Shown here in pieces: positions 1 through 12,770 of a stretch of 64,000 nucleotides of DNA. How positions within the stretch are numbered: position 1 is the stretch's first letter; each line of letters starts with the position of its first letter. The position numbers were made by a program, and so were the translations under genes. The notes under the pieces are model-generated. The model was not told where the DNA came from. It did no database searches and was given only the letters and a program-made list of their open reading frames with translations. The stretch is from positions 5,960,954-6,024,953 of the forward strand of contig CM120644.1 of NCBI GenBank assembly GCA_051362555.1, written 5' to 3'. This stretch comes from Lingula anatina (taxonomy: Eukaryota > Animalia > Brachiopoda).

Positions 1-3000
1 GCCTCTGCCACATATCAACAAACTGTGAAATCGAGTAAAACAGAGAAACAAAAACGACAGAGAAACGTATATGCCTGAGATAGGAAAAATATTTCAAAAT
101 ATAAAGAGTGGCTTTGAAACCCTCATCAAAGTTTCTTGATCACATGAATAACTGGCTGATAACGTGAAGTGAGGATGATCGGTGATGAAAGGTCAGTGGC
201 TTTCCTCAAAGGTAATGAAAAAGTCATGATTTTGAAAATCAAGTTACTGTCTTTTTTATTAGCAATACATAAGATGCAACGAAAAGTACATTTCACCATA
301 AATTATTAGTGTACATACATCTAGCATGTCATGGTTAAGAGGCAAATGTGGCAGTAGGATTACCCATCTGTACCAATAGGTCTGGGGTATCACTGGGGAG
401 GCATTCTCTTGGATAACATAGTGTCTTTAAGATATGCCGCCACTGTAGCTTTACAATGGATTAAGAAAAATACATACCCGCAGACTGAAAAATCAAACGA
501 CACTATATACCTGCATGCCTTAATTACATAGATCACCAGTCTGAAACAGATACACGTCTGTTATATATCAAAAGGAAATCCCTCGCCAAAGGATTAATTT
601 CGCCTGCATGTTTGACTTAAAGCAAATATGAATATCACAAAGGCATGTAATTCTGAAATTGAATCTTCATAATGCCTCTTTTAGTTCGAAAGGTTAACGA
701 AAGTATTTGGCCCTTGGCATTTACAGCACAGGGTCATGATTTTATTCTCTGGTGTGATGTATTTTGGGTTAACTGTTCCCTCAATTTGTTACTTTTTTCT
801 GTATAATGATATGTAATTTGATCTTGAAAACCCCCACCACTTTAGCACGGGCGTGAATAGCATAGCAAATAGTATAGGTATGTCTGGCAATCTCAGTTTT
901 TTTATCTAGTTTTGTAACTTGTTTTGTGTAACTTCTACTGTCAAATTATACGCCCATACATGGGAAAATCATTTTATTTAAAGGTTACTGTATGCATTTG
1001 TAAATTTTCCAAATGCATATTATCTATGTCTACATATTCTGCCAACCTATGAAGCTTTCCCAATACAGACCTTAAAACAACCCCCCCCCCCCAAAAAAAA
1101 AAGTACCTGACGTCGATACCTCCTTCTGAAATATACAGGTACATATAATAGACATGATGTTTTAATGAATGACTAGCCATTTAAAAGAAAATCATAGGTT
1201 TAAAAAGTATCCACGCAGGGGCGGATTGAGGCCGTCTTCTGGGTCTTCCGGAAGTCGCATCGCCGCTATTGTTTTACAAGGAGTTAACTCCTTGGTTTTA
1301 CCTAATCATACATTTTGTTTTTTATGCCCCCCCCCCCCCTCTTTGGGCTTGTTCATAAAGACTGTGCATACATACATATAGTACCTGTAGCAACTCCACA
1401 GTCGACATTTGAAATAACAAAGACTACTCACAACTAAAACGGCCAATTCGTGAACCGCTTTGGCTCTCATCGTGCTCTATAACGTCGCAGGTAAAGTCAA
1501 ACGTAAACTCAGTGTGAAACAAAATAAAAATAACAGCATCTGAAATCATCTAACTAGTAACGTTCCGGGCTGGCTTATCAAATAAAAAAAGGACGTAACT
1601 TGAATTGATTCAGAAGATTTCCCAGTAGAGCACCACTTCATACCACCTGTAAACTGCGTTTAGCAGAACAAAAGGTATCTTCCCGGTGGAATTATTTACC
1701 TAACACATTTTCTTAATATTGGCATCGTTGCGATTGCTTGAATGGAAAGCGAACCAGCTTATACACATTTGGAGGGTTTTTTTTTTTTATAATTCCTTCT
1801 TCTCATGGGGTTGTTAAAACCTTTCCATTGCGCCCTTTACCGTCATAGGTGAAGCCAAACTAAATCTCAGCATAAAACAAACTCATAGTAAAAACATGCA
1901 ACCTATATAGGAACGCTCTGTGTCGGCTTCTCGTGTACATAGCGAACTTCAACAACGTTGATGATAATACCGTGTTTGCGGACTGGCGATGAGCGGGATG
2001 AAATACATATGCACGGCTCACGGGGTATTGATTGTTATTGCAGATACATACATGTACATCGAAACTGTCCCTCTCGGTGATAAAGTATAAAGTTTAAATT
2101 TGATGCATGTCCTACCAAAGGAGCTTCAGTGGTTCCGTGGTAACGCCGCCGGCCTAGACACAGGTGGATTCGTATGCGCGCGTTCGGGTTCTATGAATGT
2201 GACTTTTTTCTTGAAATAAATTGTAAAAATTGCGTGATTACTATAGAGGAAGTCCGTATGTACGGAGGGTGGGAGGTTCAGTCACGGTGCAGTCGGTAGC
2301 GTGCTGGGTTGCTAAACACACCAGAAGATCATGGTAACGGCAAGTCACGAGCTCAAATCCCAGATGACCCATGCCAGTTCACCACAACAACTAGTTGGCC
2401 ACCCAATCGAAAATCAATGGAGGCTGTCGTGGGTCCCGGCGAATTACCTTTTGCATAAAAAATCCGGTATGGTTTAGAATTAGCGATTGATTTGACAACA
2501 ATCTATTGCTCTCGTTTTCATAAAGTCTCTGCCGTCAATTTGACTTCGTTTTTATTAACTTAAAAGACTTTAAAATGATACTTAGGCGGGGTTGGTCATT
2601 GATCTCTATCCTTTACCAACTACGCAAAAGATCAAACTTCAATTGAGTCAATACCTTGCCCGGCATGGCGTCACGCGTGTCATACTGCCCTTTCATAAAA
2701 AAAAAAGCTATCTGCTCGTTGGGATTATCATCAAGAAAGTATTTTTTTCATAAGTCACATCGCCGCTATTGCCTTATCTAATCATACGTTTTGCTTGGTT
2801 TGAAATAATACCAAGTCATCAGCAAACCATGGACTGAGGATTTAGGTCGTCTGACGGGTATCTATTATTTTCTGTCGGAAGACGGTCAAATGGATGATTG
2901 ATCAAAAGATTATTTGGAAGACTGTCAGAAAATAGCTCTGGATCCGCCACTGGCAAGTGCACGGGCGCGGCGAATAATGATTTGTGAGTAGAAGAAACTT

Positions 3001-3215
3001 TCCAGAGTAAAATTCAATTTGGTACATCCAAATCAGATCTAGTACCTATTAACGCCCCTTTACTTCGTTCCGTTCAGTTCAGCCATATTCATATTGTAAA
3101 CTGCTATAGTTGTACCCGCCTATCAACATTTGTTTAGCTTATCAATATGTATGGTGAACTGTGGACCCCTACATTTAAGTTAAAGCGAGTAGACTGTTGT
3201 TGCTGAGTCTTGAAA

Positions 3216-3702
3216 ATGTCTTGTTTCATGATGATCAAAAAGTTCAGGGTTTACCAGCCCAGGAGAAACCACCTACGAATAATCCAATCAAGGCGGTGGA
3301 TAACACAAGCTGTGCAACCAACCCAGAATTTAACCAAGGCCACCCAACACCAATTTGAGACTGGATCTTTGTCATGTGCGCAACCTGTGCGCTGGGTTAC
3401 GAACAAATGTGTACCTTTGAAAAAAGTAAGTGGCGGTAAAAAAAAATACAACTGATGCGGTCAACCGCATCGGGAATATTCTTCTCGAGATTGACAGTCA
3501 GTGGGTACTTTATGTTACACCATGCATCAACAAATAGGTGGATAGATAAATAATAAATGATAATATATTGATATAAAGAAATTCAAAGTTATGAGGTAGT
3601 TTCGCTAATGTGCATCCACTCATTCATGAATCGATCTATATAGCTGTTATCTATACCCGCGATAGATATACTTTATAAGAAATTATTATACCCGCTTTTT
3701 AA

Positions 3703-3760
<58 letters not shown>

Positions 3761-4774
3761 GATTTGAATCAATAAAGGGGCATATTTCAGATGCCTGATG
3801 ATTATCAGCTGGTGACTGGGTCTAAACACTGGAAACGGAAAATGCGCACGGTTTTTAAGTGTTTAGATGCCAATTGTGACGGCTACCTGACAAGAGACGA
3901 CTATGAGACCACTGGTAGACGGGCTGCCGGGTACTTAGGTCTAAATGGTAACTTGATCAGTTTGTTAATCGACTAATATTTAACTTCACCCTTTGTTAAC
4001 AGAACAATGCATCGTATGGGATAAATTTTAGCATCTAATACATGGTAGAAAATAATAAATTTAAATTCAACTACAGTATATCTGCAATTGAGTAGTAGTA
4101 GTTAAGTAAATGTTTTTGATAAGTTAGGAGTAGGCATACGTGTTATAATTGGTTAATACATACGCATTCAAATGACGCTAATATTGTCAATTTCATGTAC
4201 CCAGGTAGATGCATAGGTTACAATGAATAAACTTTAAATGCATTAACCAGGCGAGGTTAACTTTTTAAGGGGGCGAGTCACATTGAAACCATGCTTTAAA
4301 CAATACTGCACGTATGGCCAGGTGATATTTTAAAAGATAAACAGTGCATCATATAACTTTTTTCCTTTAATAGGTGATCAGTGTGAGGATGTCGTAAAGC
4401 AGTTCCTTTATGCCTGGGATCATCTTGACAAGGACATAGCTGACAAAGTAGCAGAAGAGGAGTATGTGCACATTTTATTCACAATCGTAAACCAAGACTC
4501 ATTCCGGCGAGATTTGTATCCAACGCGCTTAGCCACGAATTTCAACTTAGTAGACACGGATGGCAACGGTCTTATCTCCAAAGAAGAACATGCAGCTTTT
4601 TACAAGGGCATGCGCATTTCTGCTGAGGAGGCGAACAGAGCTTTCTACTTGATGGACAGCAATGGAGATGGCTTCATATCGCTTGAAGATTGTGCGCAAG
4701 TGTATCTGGAGTTTGTTTTTACTGAGGATCCAAATAATAAATACAATGAGATCCTCGGTCCCCTTGTTGACTAA
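3216..4774 (+). CDS. EF-hand SCP/luciferin-binding-protein-like gene 1 (most divergent, opposite orientation); exons 3216-3425, 3791-3947, 4374-4774; 255 aa
   Basis: Donors AAA|gtaagt and G|gtaact, acceptors tttcag and taatag. Phases 0 and 1 give a continuous ORF. EF loops DANCDGYLTRDD, DTDGNGLISKEE, DSNGDGFISLED; WKRKMRT motif; C-terminus FTEDPNNKYNEILGPLVD. Confidence 0.88.
3706..3758. repeat. (TA)n microsatellite in gene 1 intron 1
   Basis: Pure TA run. Other (TA)n runs at 10554-10621, 18580-18654, 21391-21446 and 28147-28323. Confidence 0.95.
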
Positions 4775-5385
4775 GGATTGAGGTTAACTGGGAAAGCAGC
4801 TTGGGCCAGATACATTTACATGTACAATATAACGCTCTTGGCTGCGATAGTTGACGACTACGGCTAGTCTACAGCAAAAGTTTCTGTTACTTATCACCGG
4901 AGATACAATGTTTCCTCACAAGTCTCAGCTGTGCACCAATTAACACACTCTGTTTATGTAATGCTGTCATGTAAAACATTTATGAAATATTTCAGAACCA
5001 GACGCTACTGCATGACGATAAGTTGGGAAAGCGACCACCGTTAGGATCGATATACCAGAGTCATAAAATGTTACTTATCCCGTTTTAATATGTGCAGTAA
5101 AAGTCGTTCTTAACTATTTAAAATTCGACGGATTGTATTATGTGAGGCGATCGTGAATATTATGTACAGCGACCGAAAATGTTTCACTGTGGCCAGCGAC
5201 TATTAACCCTGACGCAATTAAAACCTATGTATTTGCAACCCTTACTCCTGGTGCTTTTAGAATATTTTAAAATAATTATTTGTATCGCCCAAGGATGACA
5301 TCTCTCATGATGGTGTTCTTGAGTTTTCCAATAATTCCATTTTACAATACACTGATAAAAATGAAACAAATGAAAGCAGTTGAAA

Positions 5386-5442
5386 TATAATATAATATAA
5401 TATAATATAATATAATATAATATAATATAATATAATATAATA
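5386..5442. repeat. (TATAA)n microsatellite
   Basis: Pentanucleotide run. Similar runs at ~41003-41044 and 60097-60152. Confidence 0.9.
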
Positions 5443-5742
5443 TAGCATTCAGAGTCTACGTCCATGATAACAGTCATACAAGTTACTAATTGCCTGTAAA
5501 ACATAATCTTTAGAATACCCTCCTAATATCTTAACAGAATTTCTTATTTGAAACGGTGGCAATAAAATGTAATCTTTTAACATACGCAATGCTAATTCCT
5601 GAAGACTGAACATTTCAAGCTTAAGATGTAATGGTGTTGTGTTTATTAAAGTAGTAAATGAACTAGAAAATCATTCACAGGGCCAGTGCAGGCAATAATC
5701 ACCATCCTTTTCATTTATTAATTATTTATCAAACTATAGGTC

Positions 5743-5779
<37 letters not shown>

Positions 5780-6138
5780 AGATAATACAAAGTTAACCGT
5801 CAACCAAGCGAACATTACATGCAGTCAGGCTGCATTCATGTATCATTTAACATACGGAGAGAGAGGTCTCTCCGAAAAAGGGTCCTATATATATTCATAT
5901 ACGTGTGTGTGTGTGTGTGTGTGTGTGATTAATGCACGCCGTTTGTGCCATTGCTAATTGTACTATATTGGAGTGGGTGGAAGTAAGTTTAATATGGGAA
6001 AGATTGCGCAGGTTGCCCGAGTCCCGACTGACTGTTAAATATGAATGAGAAGCCAGAGAGGCGCGACAGGGCAGTTAGAGATACAAGCAAACAACGTTTG
6101 TACAATGCCACATTTTACTGATAAAATAGGTATAAATA

Positions 6139-7523
6139 CACACACTGGACAAAAGAAGGGTCACCCCCTAACTTAGAGTAATAAAAGTAGGCAGATCTTG
6201 GGTACTTATTATGCCTGGTCTACTTATAATGTGACTAATGAGTATAAAACCGCTAAACCATTGAATTGTATTGTTGGTCTTGTACATGTACAGCAAATGT
6301 TATTCCTGTCTTCCTCCAATATGGCAAGATACAGGCAATTATCTAACGGTTATAGGTGCAAGTTATTAACCTGAAGAGGCGGAATATAAGCAATGTCAGA
6401 ATATCGATACAATTGAATTGTTCAGTCAGAACCGTGCAGAGGGTCTGGTCTCGGTATAGAAACACTGGATCAAGAGACAAATTGCCTCTGATGGGTCGTC
6501 CAAGAAAAAATACTGGCCGTGAAGACCGACGACTAATTTTGATGTCCAGGTTGTCAAAGTTCGACACTGCTTATCAGTTGACAACACAGTGGAACAATTT
6601 CACACATAAGAATGTGTCTGTGAAAATTGCTAGGCGTCGGTTACATACTCAGAGAGTGTACAGCAGGGTAACAAGACTGAAACCTCTTATATCGTTACAA
6701 AACAGGCAACGTAGAGTAAACTAGGGTCAACAGGATCTGGAACTGGACAGTTCATGACAATTGGTCCTATATATTTTTCTGATGAGTGTCGCTTTGGTCT
6801 GACCTCTGATGACAGACGGGTATTATGCTGGCAAACTGCTGGTAAAGCATTTGAACCACGTGCACTGAATTTTCGAACCCGGAGCAGCATATTCATCATG
6901 GTGTGGGGCTGCATCAGCATCCATGGCTTGCGCGAATTGATAGTGGTTAATGGAAACATGAATCACTAGAAATATATCGATGTTTTGGAGTCAGGCTTGC
7001 TACCATCTTTTACTAACATGTTTGGTGACAGGAATTATCCATTTGTTAACCAGGATGACAACGCTCCTTGTCACAGGCCCAGAGCAGTTGATGATTGGTT
7101 TGACCAACAGGACATTCGCAGGGTGATGTGGCCTGCATAGAGTCCGGATGCAAACATAATAGAAAATGTGTGGAATGATATGTCAAAACTTTTTACAAAT
7201 GCCCGTCTAACCAGCAGAGAAACTCTGTTATATTCAGTTTTTCATGCTTGGGCCAGCATAAGCCCTGAACGCATCAGACAATTATATGAAACCTTGCTTC
7301 GTAGACTGGCACCTATTATTAGATCACGTGGCTATGCCACTAAGTACTAATTTTGGACTCGAAACTGCATATTTTGATAGAATGTATATTTTGTTCTCAT
7401 TTTGTGATTTTTTGTGAAATTTGATGTTAATAAAATGATACCAGGAGCATATCATTCCACAGTCATTTATCTCCCCCATAGTATTGGCTCAGTAGGGGTG
7501 ACACTTCTTTTGTCCAGTGTGTG
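6139..7523 (+). mobile_element. Tc1-family DNA transposon (DD34E), transposase disrupted
   Basis: ~31-bp TIRs CACACACTGGACAAAAGAAG(G/T)GTCACCCCTA and TA TSD. Motifs GRPRK, FSDECRF, QDDNAPCH, SPDANIIENVW. Stops and frameshifts present. Empty site seen in paralogous spacers (~18870, ~28470). Confidence 0.92.
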
Positions 7524-7678
7524 TAGTACTGTGGTTCCCCACCAAAATCTTAGCATTTGTTCCTTGGCAAATTTCTGAACTATGCTGAAAATTTCATCAA
7601 ACCCGTCCCTACATTTTTGCAGAATGTTGCTAATCAACAGGCAATTACGCCCCTTGGCGGAGGTACACATGTAATCAT

Positions 7679-9170
7679 TTAATCAGCCAGTGAACCGAAT
7701 ACTTCGTTGTATATGTTACTTGGGTCTTCGGTAAAAAAGAATTCGGCTATTGCATGCCCAAATTCGTCTATTGTTATAAAACCATCGTTGTTGTTGTCTA
7801 TCAGGTGGAATGCTTTTTGCGACGCCTCGGCGGAGATGCCTAAGCTATAGAAAAAAACTTTGTACTCCTCACTGGAAATGAGACCATCGCCATTTATGTC
7901 AATGAGAGTAAAAGACATTGATACCACCGTTGAGAAAAACTTCTCCCGGAGGTGTTTTTGGTTACACGACACTCGAACCAGTTCCACGTATTCTTCCTCC
8001 GATACCTTGGAAGCATTTTTTGTAATATATTCCCATTGTCCGATGCGCTGATTTAGAACATGCTCTGCTCTCTCAACTGAAAAACGAGCTGGGGGATTTC
8101 ATACATGTATTTATATTGATATCCACTCATATATAATGCATGTAACTCAGTAGTTATCTTAAAATCAACGCTACGTTGGTCATATTTTTATGACAAGAGT
8201 TTGTTAAAAAATAAACTGACTTTAAAATGAGAGACAGAAAAGAACCCACCAATATTAAACCTTTTCTTTGCAAGGTACAAGGTACAAACATGTACATAAA
8301 TCTGTTTTAGTTTATAAAATAATATAGCTAAAATTGAATTTGCAACATACTTTGCAATATACTTTCCCTTATTTTTATCATTCAACAATTGGGAACAATT
8401 TAACCTACCATCAAGGTCCAAATACTCGGCACAGCGTCTTGCACTTAATATATAATCTTCTTTTGTGATGTAGCCGTCACCGTTTACATCAAAACACTTG
8501 AAATATGTGCGTAATTTCCGCTTCCAGTGTTCAGATCCAGTCAACGGCGGGTAGTCCATTGGAGCCTGAAAGTTGTTCAAATACCAGTACATGTGTACAG
8601 GGAAATCGGATAAAGAAAATATATCGGACATAGAAATAATGCTTGATATATTTAATTAAAAAAGAATCGTATATCGGCGGATGTAACGCAAATAATAGCA
8701 ATATATTCAAACGAATAGTTGTACAATAAAAAAAACAGAAACACTTGGTATATCGATGGCCTCCTGCCGAAACCGAATGGACAGGAACAATAATTTTATA
8801 TCACAAATATATATTGGAGTATTACCTGTTTGTTTTTAGCATTCCCCAGTTCAAACCTTCTTTGAAGTGATATTTACATGTATGTTTACCAAAGCACATC
8901 AGCACACATACGTATATCTGTAACATGAACTCTTTCATTCGCGCTCCTTTTTATTACCTTTTTAAACCGTATCGGTTGGTGTTTTAGTCCTCGGACAGGC
9001 AAACTAAGTGGAGAGAATTTTGGAACGGATTCATGTTGCAAAACATCTTGGTAGTTGACGTAATTCATGTTGCAAAACCTCTTGGAAGTTGACGTTATCC
9101 TTGTTAACCCTTGATACATCGGTTGCATAATTCTTATCAGCCCCCTACTAGCCTGAAAAACTTTAGACAT
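7679..9170 (-). CDS. EF-hand SCP-like gene 2 (subtype A); exons 9170-8958, 8565-8409, 8076-7679; 255 aa
   Basis: Canonical GT/AG and 157-nt exon 2. Leader MSKVFQASRGLIR...PVRGLKHQPIRFKK. Loops DVNGDGYITKED, DINGDGLISSEE, DNNNDGFITIDE. Confidence 0.9.
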
Positions 9171-9298
9171 GGTGACCTCCGTAGAGATCGATATACCTGT
9201 ATCCGAGGCAGAAATGCTCTTTGCTTTAAACATCTTTTAGCACTCATATAAAAAGGTTGACCTATATTTAAACATTACCCCGGTGCACGTGTTATATA

Positions 9299-9303
9299 AC
9301 GTG
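9299..9303. promoter_or_regulatory. Positionally conserved RCGTG (TCACGY on the sense strand) motif ~110-130 bp upstream of the ATG
   Basis: Equivalent sites at 12891, 20549, 24025, 27279, 30137, 34279, 42678 and 45053. Mutated at 37839. Confidence 0.45.
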
Positions 9304-9549
9304 ATGCAATTATGCATTGGTTATAAGTTCGGTTAGTGGAAAATGCAATTGGCTCTATGAACAAACCTTCAGGCTGTTAATGTTTTGTTGTATTAACGGA
9401 ATTGACCACATTCAGAGTAATAAATACAGTATATATCCACACACTAAGAGGAGCTGGTTTTTCAGAATAATCAAACATGAGAAGTATTCCTGTATTGGAT
9501 CTTATTGTATTTTAAAATCACCATAATTTTTTTTTGAGTAAGAAGTAAA

Positions 9550-9815
9550 GTAAGGCGATTCATTTTCTGTTCTCTGTTATGTGCAATTCATTCTTAAAAA
9601 AACAGCGACCAATTTTATCAGATCGGAAAACATAATCTACCGGTAGTTTTATATACTTGACATATCAACTGTCTTCAGGCTTTGTTAAAAAATGATAGAT
9701 GTAAAGTGGGGTGAGCAGTTCAGTGGGCGCCTTTAAATATAGTATAAATTGGCAATCATGTCACGTTTTCAGCTCAAAGATGCCAGTAAAACATTGACAT
9801 GTGCTTTAATATTGA
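9550..9815. repeat. Conserved ~270-bp upstream block repeated before most genes
   Basis: TTCTGTTCTCTGTTATGTGCAATTCAT...CATGTCACGTTTTCAGC...ACATTGACATGTGC also at ~13130, 20790, 24250, 30385 and 34535, and diverged at 27335, 37895 and 40410. Confidence 0.8.
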
Positions 9816-10551
9816 AATTTGATTGTCCGGGTAAATTACCTTTTGCATAAAAATCCTGTATAGTTTAGAATTAGCCATTGGTTTGACAACAGCTTATTGC
9901 TTGTCATTATCATAAAATCTGCGTCGTCAATTACACATCTTTTCTCTTCAATTTACAGTATTTAAAATGATACTCAGGCGGGAAAGGTCATTGATCTCTT
10001 TCCTTTATCAACTACGCAACAGATCAAACTTGAATTGAGTCAATACCTTACCCAGTATGGCGTCATGCATGTTATGCTGCCCTTTCATCAAAACAAGCTA
10101 TCTGCTCGGTGGGATTACCATCAAGAAATAATATTTTCAAAAGTCAAATCGCCGCTATTGTTTTACCTAATCATACATTTTGTTTTTTATGCCCCCCCCC
10201 CCTCTTTAGCCTTGTTTATCAAGACTGCACATACATCCGTACAGTAATTGGGGCAACTCCACAGTCGACATTTGGAATGGCAAAGATAACTCAGAACTAA
10301 AACGGCCAATCAGTGAACCGCTTTGGCTCTCATCGTGCCCTGTAACGTCGCAGGTTAAGTCAAACGTAAACTCAGTGTGAAACAAAATGAAAATAACAGC
10401 ATCTGAAATCATCTTACCAGGAAAGTTCCGGGCTGGCTTAAAAAAAAAAGCGTAGTAATTAAACTAGAAAATCATTCAGAGGGCCAATGCAGACCTTTAC
10501 CAAGGCAAGTCAATAATCACCATCATTTTCATTTATTAATTGTTTATTAAA

Positions 10552-10624
<73 letters not shown>

Positions 10625-10919
10625 TGAGATAATACAATGTACACCGTCGACCAAGCGAAATCTAACATGCACTCAGGCCGCATCTATGTATCATTTAACA
10701 TTCAAAGAGAAAGGTCTTTCCGAACAAGGGTCCTATATATTTATATATGTTTGTGTGTGTATGTGTGTGTTTGTGTGTGTTCGATTAATGCATGCCGTTT
10801 GGGCCATTGCTATTTCTACTATATCGCAGTGGGTATAAGTATAATATGGGAAAGATTGCGCAGGTTACCTGAATTAAATATGAATGAGAAGCCAAAGAGG
10901 CACGACGGGGCAGTTAGAG

Positions 10920-11090
10920 TATCATACCCCAGAACAAATTTTGAAGGACGACCGCGGGCTCATCATGCCGTGTTCTCACTGATACTCCGAAATGCGATCT
11001 GACACACACCTTAAAAATGGGTAGTGTGGTCCGATATACCGGTTAATTCAGGATCCTTAAGTACCGAGTCTGGTAGATGGGTAGGCCTGG
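10920..11090. other. ~170-bp insertion in the spacer downstream of gene 3
   Basis: The paralogous sites read GTTAGAGACGATGCAAGC contiguously (18811-18830). Here ~170 bp of GC-richer sequence intervenes. Confidence 0.55.
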
Positions 11091-11308
11091 AGACGATGCA
11101 AGCAAACGATGTTTGTGCAATGCCGCATTTTACTGATAAAATAGGTATAAATATAATATTCTGGTTCCCCACCAAAGCCTTAGCACTTGCTCCTTGGCAA
11201 ATTTCTGAACTATGCTGAAAATTTCATCAAACCCGTCCCTACATTTTTGCAAAATGTTGCTAATCAACAGGCATTTAGGCTCCTTGGCGGAGGTACACAT
11301 GTAATCAC

Positions 11309-12770
11309 TTAATCAGCCAGTGCACCGAATACTTCGTTGTATATGTTACTTGGGTCTTCGGTAAAAAAGAATTCGGCTATTGCATGCCCAAATTCGTCTA
11401 CTGTTATAAAACCATCGTTGTTGTTGTCTATCAGGTGGAATGCTTTTTGCGACGCCTCGGCGGAGAGGCCTAAGCTATAGAAATAAGCTTTGTACTCCTC
11501 ACTGGAAATGAGACCATCGCCATTTATGTCAGTGACAGTAAAAGACATTGATACCACAGCCAAAAAAAACTCCTCCCGAAAGTGTTTTTGGTTACACAAC
11601 ACTTGAACCATTTCCACGTATTCTTCCTCCGATACCTTGGAAGCATTTTTCGTCATATATTCCCATTGCCTGATGCGCTGATTTAGAACATGCTCTGTTC
11701 TCTCATCTGAAAAACGAGCATGGTGATTTCATACATGTATTTATATTGATATCCACTCATATATAATGCATGTAACTCAGTAGTTATCTTAAAATCAACG
11801 CTACGTTGGTCCTTTTCATGACAAGTGTATGTTAAAAATACATTGATTTAAAAATGAGACAGAGAGAGAGAAAGAACATACCGATATAAAACTTTTTCCT
11901 TGCAAGATACAAGGTGCAAACATGTACATAAATATGTTTTAGTTCATAAAATAAAGTAGTTAAAATTGAATTTGCAACATACTTTGCAATATACTTTCCC
12001 TTATTTTTATTATTCAACAATCGGTACCAAATTAGCCTACCATCAAGGTCCAAATACTCGGCACAGCGTCTTGCACTTAATATATAATCTTCTTTTGTGA
12101 TGTAGCCGTCACCGTTTACATCAAAACACTTGAAATATGTGCGTACTTTCCGCTTCCAGAGATCAGATCCAGTCAACGGCGGGTAGTCCATTGGAGCCTG
12201 AAAGTTGTTCAAATACCAGTTCATGTGTACATGGAAATCGGATATAGAAAATATATCGGACATAGAAATAATGCTTGATATATTCAATTAAAAAAGAATC
12301 GTATATCGGCGGATGTAACGCAAATAATCGCAATATATTCAAACGAATAGTTGTACAATAAAAAACAGAAACACGCGGTATATCGATGGCCTCCTGCCGA
12401 AACCAAATGGACAGGAACAACAATTTTTGATCAGAAATATATTTTGGAGTATTACCTGCTTGTTTTTAGCATTCCCCAGTTCAAACCTTCTTTGAAGTGA
12501 TATTTATGTTTACCACAGTACGTTAGCACACATATGTATATCTGATACCTGAACTATTTCATTTGCGCTCCTTTTTATTACCTTTTTAAACTGTATCGGT
12601 TGGTGTTTTAGTCCTCGGACAGGCAAACTAAGTGGAGAGAATTTTGTAACGGATTCATGTTGCAAAACCTTCTCCACTCTCTTGGTAGTTGACGTAATCC
12701 TTGTTAACCCTTGACCCCTCGGTTGCATAATTCTTATCAAACCTTTACTAGCCTGGAAAACTTTAGTCAT
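11309..12770 (-). CDS. EF-hand SCP-like gene 3 (subtype A); exons 12770-12582, 12197-12041, 11706-11309; 247 aa
   Basis: Same exon structure with the ORF intact. SDLWKRKVRTYF resembles the N-terminus of polychaete (Nereis) SCP, SDLWVQKMKTYF. Confidence 0.9.

Noticed and set aside
2120-2400. tRNA-like/SINE-like heads (GTGGTTCCGTGGTAACG; GGTGCAGTCGGTAGCG...GAGCTCAAATCCC)
   Set aside because: The boxes are degenerate and no cloverleaf, tail or TSD could be established.
1216-2952. Possible hAT-like element with CAGGGGCGGAT...ATCCGCCACTG ends
   Set aside because: There is no matching 8-bp target-site duplication, and the ends may belong to separate fragments.
7860-8051. Plus-strand ORFs antisense to exon 3 (also 28806, 32891, 41493, 44719)
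   Set aside because: They are shadow ORFs of the EF-hand exons.
8566-8631. In-frame ATGs just upstream of exon 2 (MYWYLNNFQ, MYLNSFQ) as true starts
   Set aside because: They lie in intron 1 ahead of a conserved tttcag acceptor and are absent in genes 5, 7, 8, 10 and 11. They are ORF-finder extensions unless intronic TSSs are shown.
10035-10412. Repeated short ORFs in spacers (also 1169, 13586-14037)
   Set aside because: Frames are not preserved between copies and there is no splice or domain support. They are by-products of spacer duplication.
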